A stretch of 64,000 bases of DNA, from NCBI GenBank assembly GCA_963674785.1, contig OY771555.1:2169175-2233174 (forward strand). Reading direction: 5' to 3'. The notes beneath the pieces were generated by a model. The model had not been told where the DNA came from and did not search any database. It saw nothing but the letters and a program-made list of their open reading frames with translations. Of this stretch, positions 1 through 9,726 are shown piece after piece (position 1 is the stretch's first letter; each line of letters opens with the position of its first letter). The stretch comes from Caldisericia bacterium (GTDB lineage Bacteria > Caldisericota > Caldisericia > JAAYUI01). The position numbers and the translations under genes are program-made.

Positions 1-542
1 ATAACTCTCTGTCTCATTCCACCAGACATTTGATGTGGATAGTTTAGAACACGTTTTTCTGGGTCAGGAATACCAACAAGCTTGAGCATCTCTGTTGCTC
101 TTCTCCAAGCTGGAGTATCGAGTCTTTTGATTCTTGAAAACCAATTTCTCCAAGAATAACCCTTCAAACCCTGATGAAGTGTGAGCGATTCCGCAATCTG
201 ATCACCAACCATAAAAACAGGATTAAGTGAGGTCATTGGTTCCTGGAAAATCATGGAAATATTTGAACCTCTGATCTGTCGAACCTTTCTCATTGGCATC
301 TTTACAAGATCGTCCCCATGATAAAGTATCTGACCGTTCACAATTTTTCCTGGTGGTTGTGGAATAAGTCTCATAATTGAAAGTGAGGTAACTGATTTAC
401 CGCAGCCAGATTCACCAACAATTCCTAATGTTTCGCCTTTATGAACTGTGAAACTCACATCATCAACAGCAGGAACAACACCATCAGACATATAGAAATA
501 TGTCTTCAGATTTTTAACATCAAGTATTACTTCTTTTTCCAT
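1..542 (-). CDS. oppD: Oligopeptide/dipeptide ABC transporter ATP-binding subunit (partial, runs off window start)
   Basis: Manual translation from ATG 542: [16 protein letters not shown]...[22 protein letters not shown] (Walker A)...[21 protein letters not shown] upstream. Absent from the ORF track. Confidence 0.93.
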   Translation of the reverse strand, partial: MEKEVILDVKNLKTYFYMSDGVVPAVDDVSFTVHKGETLGIVGESGCGKSVTSLSIMRLIPQPPGKIVNGQILYHGDDLVKMPMRKVRQIRGSNISMIFQEPMTSLNPVFMVGDQIAESLTLHQGLKGYSWRNWFSRIKRLDTPAWRRATEMLKLVGIPDPEKRVLNYPHQMSGGMRQRV

Positions 543-552
543 GTTCACCACC

Positions 553-1902
553 TTAAATCTTCTGCCTTGGATCAAGTGCATCTCGGAGTCCATCACCCAA
601 GAAGAAGAAGGAAACAACAACCAAGAAAATCAAGAAACCTGCAAAAAGTCCAGGCCATGGGTACTCGAGGAAATACACGTTGGCTTCACTGATAAGTGCT
701 CCCCAAGTTGGAGTCGTAATTGGGTTAACACCAAGGCCAAGGAAGGAAAGACCAGATTCTGAAAGAACTGTTGATCCAACTCTCATCGAAAGCTGAGTAA
801 TAACGGGTGCAACAGAGTTTGGAAGAACATGCTTGAATATAATTCTCATGTTTCCGGCACCAATAGCTTTTGCAGCTTCAGTGTATTCTTTTGATCTTTC
901 TGCAAGGAACTGTCCTCTGGTCATCCTTGCATTTCCAGACCATCCAAATACAGAGAATATCATAATAATAACAAAAACAGAGTTTCCTCCAGGTAACGAT
1001 GCAGTAAGAACCATATAAAGCGGGAGGGTGGGGATTGTACCCATAAGTTCGATCGTTCTCATAAGAACGGCATCAGCAAATCCGCCAAAATAACCGCCGA
1101 TTGACCCAAAGAAAATTCCAAGGAAACCACAGATAAGGGTAACTGAAAATCCAATTGTCAAAGAGACTCTACCACCATATGCAAGTCTTGGAAGAATATC
1201 ATGACCAGAATTATCAGTGCCAAGGAGATGTCTCTTGGCCTCACCACGATCAACTTCCCTTGGTTTTCCTTCGTTTTTACCAGAGGTAATAATCTGATCA
1301 TCAAGAACATCAAATGGAGGGTTATGCTCAATAATCTGACCGGTCTGGGTTACAAGTTTTGTATGTGATTTTCCAACAAAAAATTCCTTTAAAACGCGTG
1401 GACCATCGGATTCAACTTCGATTGGCATTCCACGACTGTCAAAGGCTTTTTCTTTTACAATATCAAGTTCTTCAACATACCCGTAAGACTTTACAGTGTA
1501 TGAGTAAAAATCTCTATATCTGGGATCCTTGAAGGTTTCCATATTGATTGTCGCCGTACCAGTTTCCATATCAATATCAGTAAACCAGAAACCCTCTGGA
1601 TATTTTTCTGGATCATTCCAGTCAGAGTCGGTGATAGAAACAGCAATACCCGGGAAAGAACCTGGTTTTGCTTTCATATGTAAACTTGTGTAGTTAAACT
1701 GATACCCTGTTGCAGACTCAATTATTGGGGCAACCATCGTAAACACAAAGAGCATAATAAATATTATGAGACCAGTAACAGCAAGTTTGTGCCTACTGAA
1801 TCTCTCCCAAATAGCTTTTCCAAGGGAGTAACTTGAGGCATCTAGGATCTCTTTCTGATTCGGATTATCAATAACTGTGATTTTTTTCTTTTTTGTAGCC
1901 AT
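553..1902 (-). CDS. oppC: Oligopeptide ABC transporter permease OppC/DppC with large extracytoplasmic insertion
   Basis: [12 protein letters not shown]-terminus, [21 protein letters not shown] loop, [12 protein letters not shown]-terminus. Confidence 0.92.
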   Translation of the reverse strand: MATKKKKITVIDNPNQKEILDASSYSLGKAIWERFSRHKLAVTGLIIFIMLFVFTMVAPIIESATGYQFNYTSLHMKAKPGSFPGIAVSITDSDWNDPEKYPEGFWFTDIDMETGTATINMETFKDPRYRDFYSYTVKSYGYVEELDIVKEKAFDSRGMPIEVESDGPRVLKEFFVGKSHTKLVTQTGQIIEHNPPFDVLDDQIITSGKNEGKPREVDRGEAKRHLLGTDNSGHDILPRLAYGGRVSLTIGFSVTLICGFLGIFFGSIGGYFGGFADAVLMRTIELMGTIPTLPLYMVLTASLPGGNSVFVIIMIFSVFGWSGNARMTRGQFLAERSKEYTEAAKAIGAGNMRIIFKHVLPNSVAPVITQLSMRVGSTVLSESGLSFLGLGVNPITTPTWGALISEANVYFLEYPWPGLFAGFLIFLVVVSFFFLGDGLRDALDPRQKI

Positions 1903-1919
1903 CTTTTATACCCCCTTTC

Positions 1920-2888
1920 CTATGAATACCTTATTCTTGGATCGACAACAGCATACAGGATATCCTGAAGAAGAAGCGAGATCAGAGTAAGCATTGAGAA
2001 GAATGTCAAAACACCCATTGAAACAGGAATATCACTCTTTAAAACGGCATCAAACATGAGTTTACCCATTCCATTGATATTAAACATTTTTTCAACAATA
2101 ACTGAGCCACCAAACAGCATTCTCAATGTGAAAGCAAAAATTGTAACAATTGGAATTAAAGCATTTCTGAGTGCATGTTTGTAGATAACTCTATTTTCAG
2201 CGAGACCTTTTGATCTTGCTGTTCTCACATAGTCCTGCCTGATGACCTCGAGCATAGATGTCCTCATGTATCTTGAAAGTGACGCAATAGATCCCAATAC
2301 ACCCATACCCACAGGAAGAATGAGGTTTCTAGCCTGATCTAAAAACCGCATCACAATATTTAAGGAGTCGTGGTTGTCCCACAAGCTCCACCCAATCGGA
2401 AGCCATTTAAGTAGAGCTCCAAATATAAGCATCAATATCAAACCAAACCAAAATGTCGGAAGTGATATACCTATATACGAGAAGAAAGTGAGTGTATAGT
2501 CCGCTGTGGAGTATTGCCGCCGTGCAGAGAATATTCCAAGAGGAAGACCAGCGAGAAGTCCAATAATCAAAACGGATGCTTGGATTTTCATCGTAATCGG
2601 CAACCGCATAGCAACCAAATCCCACACAGGTTTCTTACTGTAAATTGATTTTCCCCAATCCCACTCAAATAAAACTTTGCTGATCCATTTGAAGTATCCG
2701 ATATACCAAGGGTCATTAAACCCCGACCATTCACGCATTCGGTTAATTGCGTCAATATTCCTCGGATTCAGAACCTCCATTTGTTTAAAAGGATCGCCAG
2801 GCAATCTCAGCATGAAATAAATGAGCCCAGTGATCAAAAACAGCATCAGTACAAAAATAATCAATCGTCTTATAATGTAGTTGCCCAC
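1920..2888 (-). CDS. oppB: Oligopeptide ABC transporter permease OppB/DppB
   Basis: YIIRRL, PGDP, DYVRTARSKGL...HALRNALIP, DILYAVVDPRIRY. Confidence 0.94.
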   Translation of the reverse strand: MGNYIIRRLIIFVLMLFLITGLIYFMLRLPGDPFKQMEVLNPRNIDAINRMREWSGFNDPWYIGYFKWISKVLFEWDWGKSIYSKKPVWDLVAMRLPITMKIQASVLIIGLLAGLPLGIFSARRQYSTADYTLTFFSYIGISLPTFWFGLILMLIFGALLKWLPIGWSLWDNHDSLNIVMRFLDQARNLILPVGMGVLGSIASLSRYMRTSMLEVIRQDYVRTARSKGLAENRVIYKHALRNALIPIVTIFAFTLRMLFGGSVIVEKMFNINGMGKLMFDAVLKSDIPVSMGVLTFFSMLTLISLLLQDILYAVVDPRIRYS

Positions 2889-2940
2889 ATCCGTTCACCT
2901 TTCTGGGTCACAAACAAATGAACCCATAACCTTTCACCTA

Positions 2941-2980
2941 AAAAAAGCCCCTGGTATTTTCGAAACCAGGGGCTTTATTT
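2941..2980 (-). terminator. Intrinsic terminator/stabilising hairpin after oppA
   Basis: AAAGCCCCTGGT...ACCAGGGGCTTT inverted repeat with T7 tract on minus strand, just after the oppA stop. Confidence 0.8.
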
Positions 2981-2989
2981 CTTAACCTA

Positions 2990-5152
2990 TTAATTCTCCA
3001 GATACCAGAACTCGCAGTTCCAGTTTGGTGGAGCTTGAGCGCCTGTTGGAAGGTAGTTCTCAAGATTATATTTTGTTACGTCAACATTGTATCTGTTATA
3101 GAGCGGAAGTGCTGGAAGCTCTTCTGCCCAGATGGCAAACTCTCTATTGAAAAGTTCCTGAAGTTCATCATCAGGTCTTTCACCAAGAATCTTTTCAACA
3201 AGTTCCTGATGCTCGTCATCTCCATACCAGCCACCCATGTTCTGACCGACCCAACCATTATCTTCGGCTGGGATCTGCTCTCTTGAGAAAAGGTTGCAGT
3301 TTGGTCTGATTGGATTTGATACCCAAGCAAACTCAACTGCTTCAAACTGGTGTCTTCTGAGGTAATCACCACCAAAAAGAACAGTTGCTGATTTGAAATC
3401 TGATGTAGCATTGATTCCAACAGCATCCCACATCTTAATGATGTTTTCAACGGATGCAGTTCTAAATGGCTGACCAGATGCAGTTGCAAGTGAGAATTTA
3501 AATTTCTTCACTTCCCCATTTATTTCCTTTTCTCTGACGCCATCTTTGCCGATTACCCAACCGGCTTCTTCAAGAAGCTGTTCGGCTTTTGCAGGATTGT
3601 ATTCATACTTTTTGAAAGCATCCATCTCTTCTGCTTTTTTGTAGTATTTTGATCTTCTTGTTAACCAGAGATGTGATGGTGAGAAAACACCCTGTGAAAC
3701 AAGCTTGCAAAGTTTTTCACGATCAAGTGCGTAAAGAAGAGCCTGTCTTACACGTTTGTCTCCAAAAAGATATTCAAGACCGAGATCATCTTCATTTTCT
3801 GGATCATCTGCAAACTGGTTGAGGTCGATATGTTCCCAACCTGTGCTTTCGACATAGTGGAATTTGTAAGTACCACTCAGGTCATCTTCAATTTCTTTTG
3901 CATCAAGTGGTGAGAAAGCATTGTAGACCATGTCAATATCACCGGCTCTGAGATTGAGTTTGATTGTGTTTGCATCAGACATAAATTTGACTCTGATTTT
4001 TGGAATGAGTGGCTGAGCATAAGCAGAATATGGGTTTGGTTCGAAGTCAAAATAGTTACCTTCATTCCATTCGGTCATTTTGTATGGACCAAACATGTAA
4101 TCATAATAATCCTGTCTTACATTATGATTATCAGGATCAGTGATTAATTCGGTTTCGTACATTGCTTTATATGAGAGTCCGGGAAGAGACCAAGTCGCAT
4201 ATGTGTATTCTTCATTAAACTGAACTGAAACAGTGTATTTGTCAAGCTTTGTAACTTTGTCAACCTTCCAGTCTCCCGATCTTGAGGTTGCCTGGAGAAT
4301 TGGACACATACCTTCTCTGACACCATAGATAACATCATCAGCTGTTACTTCGTGATATCTGCTTCCCTCTGGCTCATCTGGAAGTGGTGGCCAGTAGATT
4401 CCTGGTCTGAGTTCATATGTAACAGTCATTTTGTCTTTTCCGGTAATTTCATCATGGAAAAGATCAACTGCACCGTTTTCAAGTGAAGGGACTCTCTTAA
4501 GTGCTTTCGGGAAAAGAATTGATTCGTTACCATATTCAATACCGCCAGTTCCCATAAATCTGACAAGGAATGTTCTAGACATTGAACTGCTAACAAACGG
4601 ATTAAGTGTGTCTGGTTCTTGCTGTGTGACACAGGTGAGAACCTGTTCTGGGTCTGTGTTTGGTGGGAACTGTGTTCTGTAGAGAAGGAAGGCAGCTTCT
4701 GCATATGATGGTGCTTCTGCCCAAGCTGTTTCTCTGTATCTGTATGTGAGAAGATTATAAAGTGGTCTTGCTGCCATGTTGAAATATGGGACATATTCTT
4801 CTGGAATTGTTTCTTCATCAAGAGCGAGACACCATGCTGGGAAGTCATATTCTGAAACATTGTCTTTGATTGCGTCATTGTTATCGATTGCAAACTTAAA
4901 CATTTCAGCTCTTGTGAAATCTTCGCCAGTGTATTCAAGGTCTTTACCAAGAACAAGGCTCAATCCTGCTGCAAATGTATCTGCTGGAATAGCATCGTCA
5001 GGGTTTTCTACTCCCGGTAGAATTGACTCTTCAGTGACATAGTTTATGTACTTCTGAAGTGAATGTTCTTCTTCAGCACCCACTGGTGCGATAGATGCGA
5101 ATAGCATCAAAACCATTGATAAAGACAGTAAAATAGACAAGAATCTTCTCAT
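2990..5152 (-). CDS. oppA: Peptide ABC transporter substrate-binding protein (family 5), copy 1, with SLH-like N-terminal extension
   Basis: QEPDTLNP, VTADDV, GPYKMTEW, DKRVRQALLYALDRE, AEELPALPLY. Start refined to MRRFL after SD AAAGGAG. Sec signal peptide. Confidence 0.9.
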   Translation of the reverse strand: MRRFLSILLSLSMVLMLFASIAPVGAEEEHSLQKYINYVTEESILPGVENPDDAIPADTFAAGLSLVLGKDLEYTGEDFTRAEMFKFAIDNNDAIKDNVSEYDFPAWCLALDEETIPEEYVPYFNMAARPLYNLLTYRYRETAWAEAPSYAEAAFLLYRTQFPPNTDPEQVLTCVTQQEPDTLNPFVSSSMSRTFLVRFMGTGGIEYGNESILFPKALKRVPSLENGAVDLFHDEITGKDKMTVTYELRPGIYWPPLPDEPEGSRYHEVTADDVIYGVREGMCPILQATSRSGDWKVDKVTKLDKYTVSVQFNEEYTYATWSLPGLSYKAMYETELITDPDNHNVRQDYYDYMFGPYKMTEWNEGNYFDFEPNPYSAYAQPLIPKIRVKFMSDANTIKLNLRAGDIDMVYNAFSPLDAKEIEDDLSGTYKFHYVESTGWEHIDLNQFADDPENEDDLGLEYLFGDKRVRQALLYALDREKLCKLVSQGVFSPSHLWLTRRSKYYKKAEEMDAFKKYEYNPAKAEQLLEEAGWVIGKDGVREKEINGEVKKFKFSLATASGQPFRTASVENIIKMWDAVGINATSDFKSATVLFGGDYLRRHQFEAVEFAWVSNPIRPNCNLFSREQIPAEDNGWVGQNMGGWYGDDEHQELVEKILGERPDDELQELFNREFAIWAEELPALPLYNRYNVDVTKYNLENYLPTGAQAPPNWNCEFWYLEN

Positions 5153-5239
5153 ATTGCTCCTTTCGAGGATGGCATGGAACACACCATCATAGCAAGTAAA
5201 CACATGTTTGGATTAAACATACAATCTCTCATTTGCTCT

Positions 5240-5268
5240 ATTCTAGCAATATACAAATCAAAAGGCAA
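5240..5268 (-). promoter_or_regulatory. Sigma70-type promoter of oppA copy 1
   Basis: TTGCCT-N17-TAGAAT with extended TG. Confidence 0.6.
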
Positions 5269-5384
5269 GTCCTCAAAACTTATCCAACATGTCATATGAA
5301 GCACATTAAGAAGATTCAGTATCATTCCACACATTCCCAAATTATCTAACAAAGCAATATTTTCCCATATAGCTTAATCTGGTG

Positions 5385-7547
5385 TTACTGTTCCAAATAC
5401 CAAAAAACACAGTTCCAATTGTGAGGCGCGATTGATCCAGTTGGTTTATAGTTTTCCAAATTATACTTTGTTACATCAACAGAATATCTATTGTAGAGTG
5501 GAAGTGCCGGAAGCTCTTCTGCCCAGATGGCAAACTCTCTATTGAAAAGCTCCTGAAGTTCATCATCAGGTTGCTCCATCTGAATAGCTTCAACAAGCTC
5601 TTCATGTTCATCGTCACCATACCAACCACCCATGTTCTGTCCCGACCAGCCGTTTTCCTCAACCGGCATCTGTTCTCTTGAGAAAAGGTCACAATTTGGC
5701 CTTATGGGATTTGAAGTCCATGCAAACTCAACCGCTTCAAATTGATGTCTTCTTAAGTAGTCACCACCAAAAAGAACGGTTGATGACTTGAAATCAGAGG
5801 TTACCCTAACTCCAATAGCATCCCACATCTTAATGATGTTTTCAACAGATGCAGTTCTAAATGGCTGACCAGATGCTGTTGCAAGAAAAAATTTGAGCTG
5901 AGTCTTCTTGCCATCTTCAATAGTTTTTGTTCGAATTCCATCTTCAAGTTTCCAACCGGCATCTTCAAGAAGCTGTTCGGCTTTTGCAGGATTGTATTCA
6001 TACTTTTTGAAAGCATCCATCTCTTCGGCTTTTTTGTAGTATTTTGAGAGCCTTGATAACCAAAGATGGGATGTTGTAAAAATCCCCTTAGAAACCATTT
6101 TACAAAGCTTTTCACGATCAAGTGCATAAAGAAGAGCCTGTCTTACATGTTTGTCTCCAAAAAGATATTCAAGACCGAGATCATCTTCATTTTCTGGATC
6201 ATCTGCAAACTGGTTAAGGTCGATGTGTTCCCAACCTGTGCTTTCGACATAGTGGAATTTATATGTACCGTTCAAATCATCTTCAATCTCTTTTGCATCA
6301 AGTGGTGAAAAAGCGTTGTAAACAACATCAATCTCTCCGGCTTTGAGGTTCAATTTAATCGTATTTGCATCTGACATGAATTTGACTCTGATATTCGGTA
6401 TCAATGGTTGTGCAAACACCGAATAAGGATTAGGTTCAAAGTCAATGAAATTACCCTCGTTCCATTCTTTGATTCTGTACGGTCCAAAATAAGTATCGAT
6501 AAAGTCCTGTCTTACATTATGATTGTCAGGATCAGTGATTAATTCAGTTTCGTACATTGCTTTATATGAGAGACCCGGCAACCCCCATGCCGCATAAGCA
6601 TACATTTCGTTGAACTGAATTTCGACAGTATATTTATCAATCTTAATTACCTTATCGATCTTCCAGTCTCCCGATCTTGTTATTGCCTGAAGAATTGGAC
6701 ACATTCCTTCTCTAACACCATAAAGGACATCATCAGCTGTGATTTCATGAATTTTACTTCCTTCTGGTTCACCAGGAAGTGCTGGCCAATAGAGAGATGA
6801 TCTTAATCTATAAACAACCTTCATCTTCTCTTTGCCAGTTATCTCGTCAGTAAAAACCACGACATCGCCATTTTCCAAGGATGGAACTCTCTTGAGTATA
6901 TTCGGAAACAAAATCGCGTCATCCCCAAATTCAACTGAATCAGCTGTGGTAAACCTTCTCAGATAACTCATTGACGTAGTACTATTTCCAAACGGATTAA
7001 GTGTGTCTGGTTCTTGCTGTGTGACACAGGTGAGAACCTGTTCTGGGTCTGTGTTTGGTGGGAACTGTGTTCTGTAGAGAAGGAAGGCAGCTTCTGCATA
7101 TGATGGTGCTTCTGCCCAAGCTGTTTCTCTGTATCTGTATGTGAGAAGATTATAAAGTGGTCTTGCTGCCATGTTGAAATATGGGACATATTCTTCTGGA
7201 ATTGTTTCTTCATCAAGAGCGAGACACCATGCTGGGAAGTCATATTCTGAAATATCATTTTTGATTGCATCATTGTTATCGATTGCAAACTTAAACATTT
7301 CAGCTCTTGTGAAATCTTCGCCAGTGTATTCAAGGTCTTTACCAAGAACAAGGCTCAATCCTGCTGCAAATGTATCTGCTGGAATAGCATCGTCAGGGTT
7401 TTCTACTCCCGGTAGGATTGACTCTTCAGTGACATAGTTTATGTACTTATGAAGTGAATGTTCTTCTTCAGCACCCACTGGTGCGATAGATGCGAATAGC
7501 ATCAAAACCATTGATAAAGACAGTAAAATAGACAAAATCCTCCTCAT
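5385..7547 (-). CDS. oppA: Peptide ABC transporter substrate-binding protein (family 5), copy 2
   Basis: Full-length paralog of 2990..5152 with the same motifs. Start refined to MRRIL after AAAGGAG. Confidence 0.9.
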   Translation of the reverse strand: MRRILSILLSLSMVLMLFASIAPVGAEEEHSLHKYINYVTEESILPGVENPDDAIPADTFAAGLSLVLGKDLEYTGEDFTRAEMFKFAIDNNDAIKNDISEYDFPAWCLALDEETIPEEYVPYFNMAARPLYNLLTYRYRETAWAEAPSYAEAAFLLYRTQFPPNTDPEQVLTCVTQQEPDTLNPFGNSTTSMSYLRRFTTADSVEFGDDAILFPNILKRVPSLENGDVVVFTDEITGKEKMKVVYRLRSSLYWPALPGEPEGSKIHEITADDVLYGVREGMCPILQAITRSGDWKIDKVIKIDKYTVEIQFNEMYAYAAWGLPGLSYKAMYETELITDPDNHNVRQDFIDTYFGPYRIKEWNEGNFIDFEPNPYSVFAQPLIPNIRVKFMSDANTIKLNLKAGEIDVVYNAFSPLDAKEIEDDLNGTYKFHYVESTGWEHIDLNQFADDPENEDDLGLEYLFGDKHVRQALLYALDREKLCKMVSKGIFTTSHLWLSRLSKYYKKAEEMDAFKKYEYNPAKAEQLLEDAGWKLEDGIRTKTIEDGKKTQLKFFLATASGQPFRTASVENIIKMWDAIGVRVTSDFKSSTVLFGGDYLRRHQFEAVEFAWTSNPIRPNCDLFSREQMPVEENGWSGQNMGGWYGDDEHEELVEAIQMEQPDDELQELFNREFAIWAEELPALPLYNRYSVDVTKYNLENYKPTGSIAPHNWNCVFWYLEQ

Positions 7548-7619
7548 ATTGCTCCTTTCGTGGATAAAAGAGTCTCGCTTAATAGCGTACAAAAACCCCA
7601 GTCCCTCTATCCATTAATA

Positions 7620-7648
7620 ACTATAACAATCACGAAAGTTAAAGTCCA
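7620..7648 (-). promoter_or_regulatory. Sigma70-type promoter of oppA copy 2
   Basis: TGGACT-N17-TATAGT with extended TG. Confidence 0.55.
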
Positions 7649-7720
7649 GGATAAACCCTCGACTTAAATACACTAAAGGACTTACAAAAATGATTCAAAG
7701 TGTAAAAAACTTTTTGATCA

Positions 7721-8656
7721 TCAGAACCAATCGGGTTGTTTGCCACTCCATTCGCCAATAATTCTGACCTCTGGACGAAGTCTTATATTTGACTGAGAAT
7801 AAATCTCATCGATTATTAAAGTCATTAATTTTAAGACATCTTGTGATGTCCCACTGCCAGTGTTGACAAGGAAATTGGCATGAACATCTGAAACCATGAT
7901 TCCACCAATTTTGTAGTTTTTGAAACCTGCTTCTTCTATCAAAACGCCAGCAATTCTTCCAGGTGGATTTCTGAAAATACAACCGGCGTTAGAGTTATTC
8001 AACGGTTGATGCTTTGAGCGATACTCACGAAGTCGATTCATCTCTGAGATCAAGGTTTCTGAGTTAGCTTCGTTAAAACTAAATCTGACCCACTCAACAA
8101 CCCCACCTGACCTCAAAACAAGTGAACTTCTATAGTCAAATTGCATCTGTTTGTGGTCAAGAATAACTCTGTCTCCAGAAAGTGTTATATATCCAACTTG
8201 TTTAACAGATTGACTGATATAGTGAGATGAAGTGCCGGCATTCATTGCAACAGCTCCGCCTACCGTTCCAGGTATTCCATAACAATGTTCAAGACCTGAA
8301 AGGTTTTTATCAGTCGATTCCTTTATAAGTTTTCCCAAAGAGTAACCACCTGAAACAACAACCTCATAACCATTCCAGTGTGCCTCATCAAGTCCTCTAT
8401 TGATCTTTAATGCAATCCCCCTGAGTCCAAGGTCTCCAACCAACAAATTACTTCCACCACCGATAACCAAAAGAGGTACATGCATCTTATTTGCATAACG
8501 AATAACGCTTATTACATCATCAAAATCCTCGGGGATAACCATCGCATCAGCAGGCCCACCAACCTTAAACGATGTATGTATGCTCATTTGTTCTCCAAAT
8601 AGAACAGAGCCCCTTGTAACGGATTTTAACTCAGTAAGCGCTGTTGGGATTAACAT
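7721..8656 (-). CDS. murB: UDP-N-acetylenolpyruvoylglucosamine reductase
   Basis: HTSFKVGGPAD, GGGSNLL, GIPGTVGGAVAMNAG, AGCIFRNP, HANFLVN. Confidence 0.95.
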   Translation of the reverse strand: MLIPTALTELKSVTRGSVLFGEQMSIHTSFKVGGPADAMVIPEDFDDVISVIRYANKMHVPLLVIGGGSNLLVGDLGLRGIALKINRGLDEAHWNGYEVVVSGGYSLGKLIKESTDKNLSGLEHCYGIPGTVGGAVAMNAGTSSHYISQSVKQVGYITLSGDRVILDHKQMQFDYRSSLVLRSGGVVEWVRFSFNEANSETLISEMNRLREYRSKHQPLNNSNAGCIFRNPPGRIAGVLIEEAGFKNYKIGGIMVSDVHANFLVNTGSGTSQDVLKLMTLIIDEIYSQSNIRLRPEVRIIGEWSGKQPDWF

Positions 8657-8661
8657 ATCTA

Positions 8662-9726
8662 TTAACTCCTTGCAAGATTTTCAATGATTGAAACAATTGC
8701 ATCTAAAGCCTCAGTATGACTTGATTTAGCATCCGGGGTTTTTTCAGCAGACATTAGAATCTCAATTGATTGTCCGAGACCTTCAAAGACATCATCCTCA
8801 TCAATAACTATCACATTGTCTCTTTTAGATTTCAAATACATCCCATTCTTATACTGATGATTATATATTGAGTTTTTTATTGGTATAATGACTGCAGGAA
8901 TACCATATGTCTCAATCTCTGAAGCCGTCATTGCCCCACCTCTTGTGACAGCAATATCAGTTACGGCATAAAGCTTATCCATTTCATCCACATAATCACG
9001 AACAAAAATGTTTTTCAGATGTTTTTTGCAAACCATTGAATCCACATCAGCAAACTGTTTTTTACCAGAAATAATAAGCCACTGAAGCTGGGAGTTTGCA
9101 AGTAGAATTTCTGGAAGATTTAGTATCGCATGATTAACAAATCTTGCCCCCTGCGAGCCACCCATTATGACAACAGTTTTTTTGTTTTCATCAAGCCCAA
9201 ATAACTTGTAGATTTCTGTAGATCTAGCTGGGATTGTGTTCCATCTAATTGGGTTACCAACAACCTCAATCTTATTTTTTGGAACGTTAGTCATTCCCGG
9301 AAAGCCAGTCATTATAACATCAGCATACTTAGCTAGAAAACTATTTGCTCGCCCTGCAACAAAATTTGATTCGTGAAGAAGGATAGGGTATTTCTTTCTT
9401 GCAGCATAAACCAGTGGAACAGATGGATAACCACCCATTCCAAGGACAACCTTCGGCTCAAATTTTGTTAAAAGTTTCTTCGCTTGTTTGACACCTTTGC
9501 CTGTTTTTCTGAGAAATTTTAGTAACTTAAGGGGGCTTACAGATGGGGAAGCTGACTCAATTTGAAAAGAATCGATTTCTCCGACAATTTTTTTATCAAG
9601 TGTCTTCCTTGTCGTAATAATCACGGGATGTAAATCTTTTTCTTTGAGTATATTTGCAATTGAAACTGCGGGTAATATGTGTCCTCCGGATGCTCCAGCA
9701 CCTATAAGTATCGAATTCTTTTTCAT
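8662..9726 (-). CDS. murG: Lipid II GlcNAc transferase MurG
   Basis: GASGGHILPA, GGYPS, HESN..AGRAN, GNPIR, GGSQGA, RGGAMT.SE. Confidence 0.93.
   Translation of the reverse strand: MKKNSILIGAGASGGHILPAVSIANILKEKDLHPVIITTRKTLDKKIVGEIDSFQIESASPSVSPLKLLKFLRKTGKGVKQAKKLLTKFEPKVVLGMGGYPSVPLVYAARKKYPILLHESNFVAGRANSFLAKYADVIMTGFPGMTNVPKNKIEVVGNPIRWNTIPARSTEIYKLFGLDENKKTVVIMGGSQGARFVNHAILNLPEILLANSQLQWLIISGKKQFADVDSMVCKKHLKNIFVRDYVDEMDKLYAVTDIAVTRGGAMTASEIETYGIPAVIIPIKNSIYNHQYKNGMYLKSKRDNVIVIDEDDVFEGLGQSIEILMSAEKTPDAKSSHTEALDAIVSIIENLARS

Larger units (their letters stand above)
4594..7560. repeat. Near-identical direct repeat 4594..5165 / 6989..7560 (5' ends of the two oppA genes)
   Basis: Offset 2395 bp; about 11 mismatches in ~570 bp by eye. 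Confidence 0.9.

Noticed and set aside
4426-4956. Alternative-frame ORFs repeated at 4426..4956 and 6968..7351 (also 4776/7171)
   Set aside because: Shadow frames duplicated only because the underlying oppA DNA is duplicated.
4594-7560. oppA repeat as a DGR template/variable pair
   Set aside because: Both copies are parts of full-length genes, mismatches are not adenine-restricted, and there is no RT nearby.
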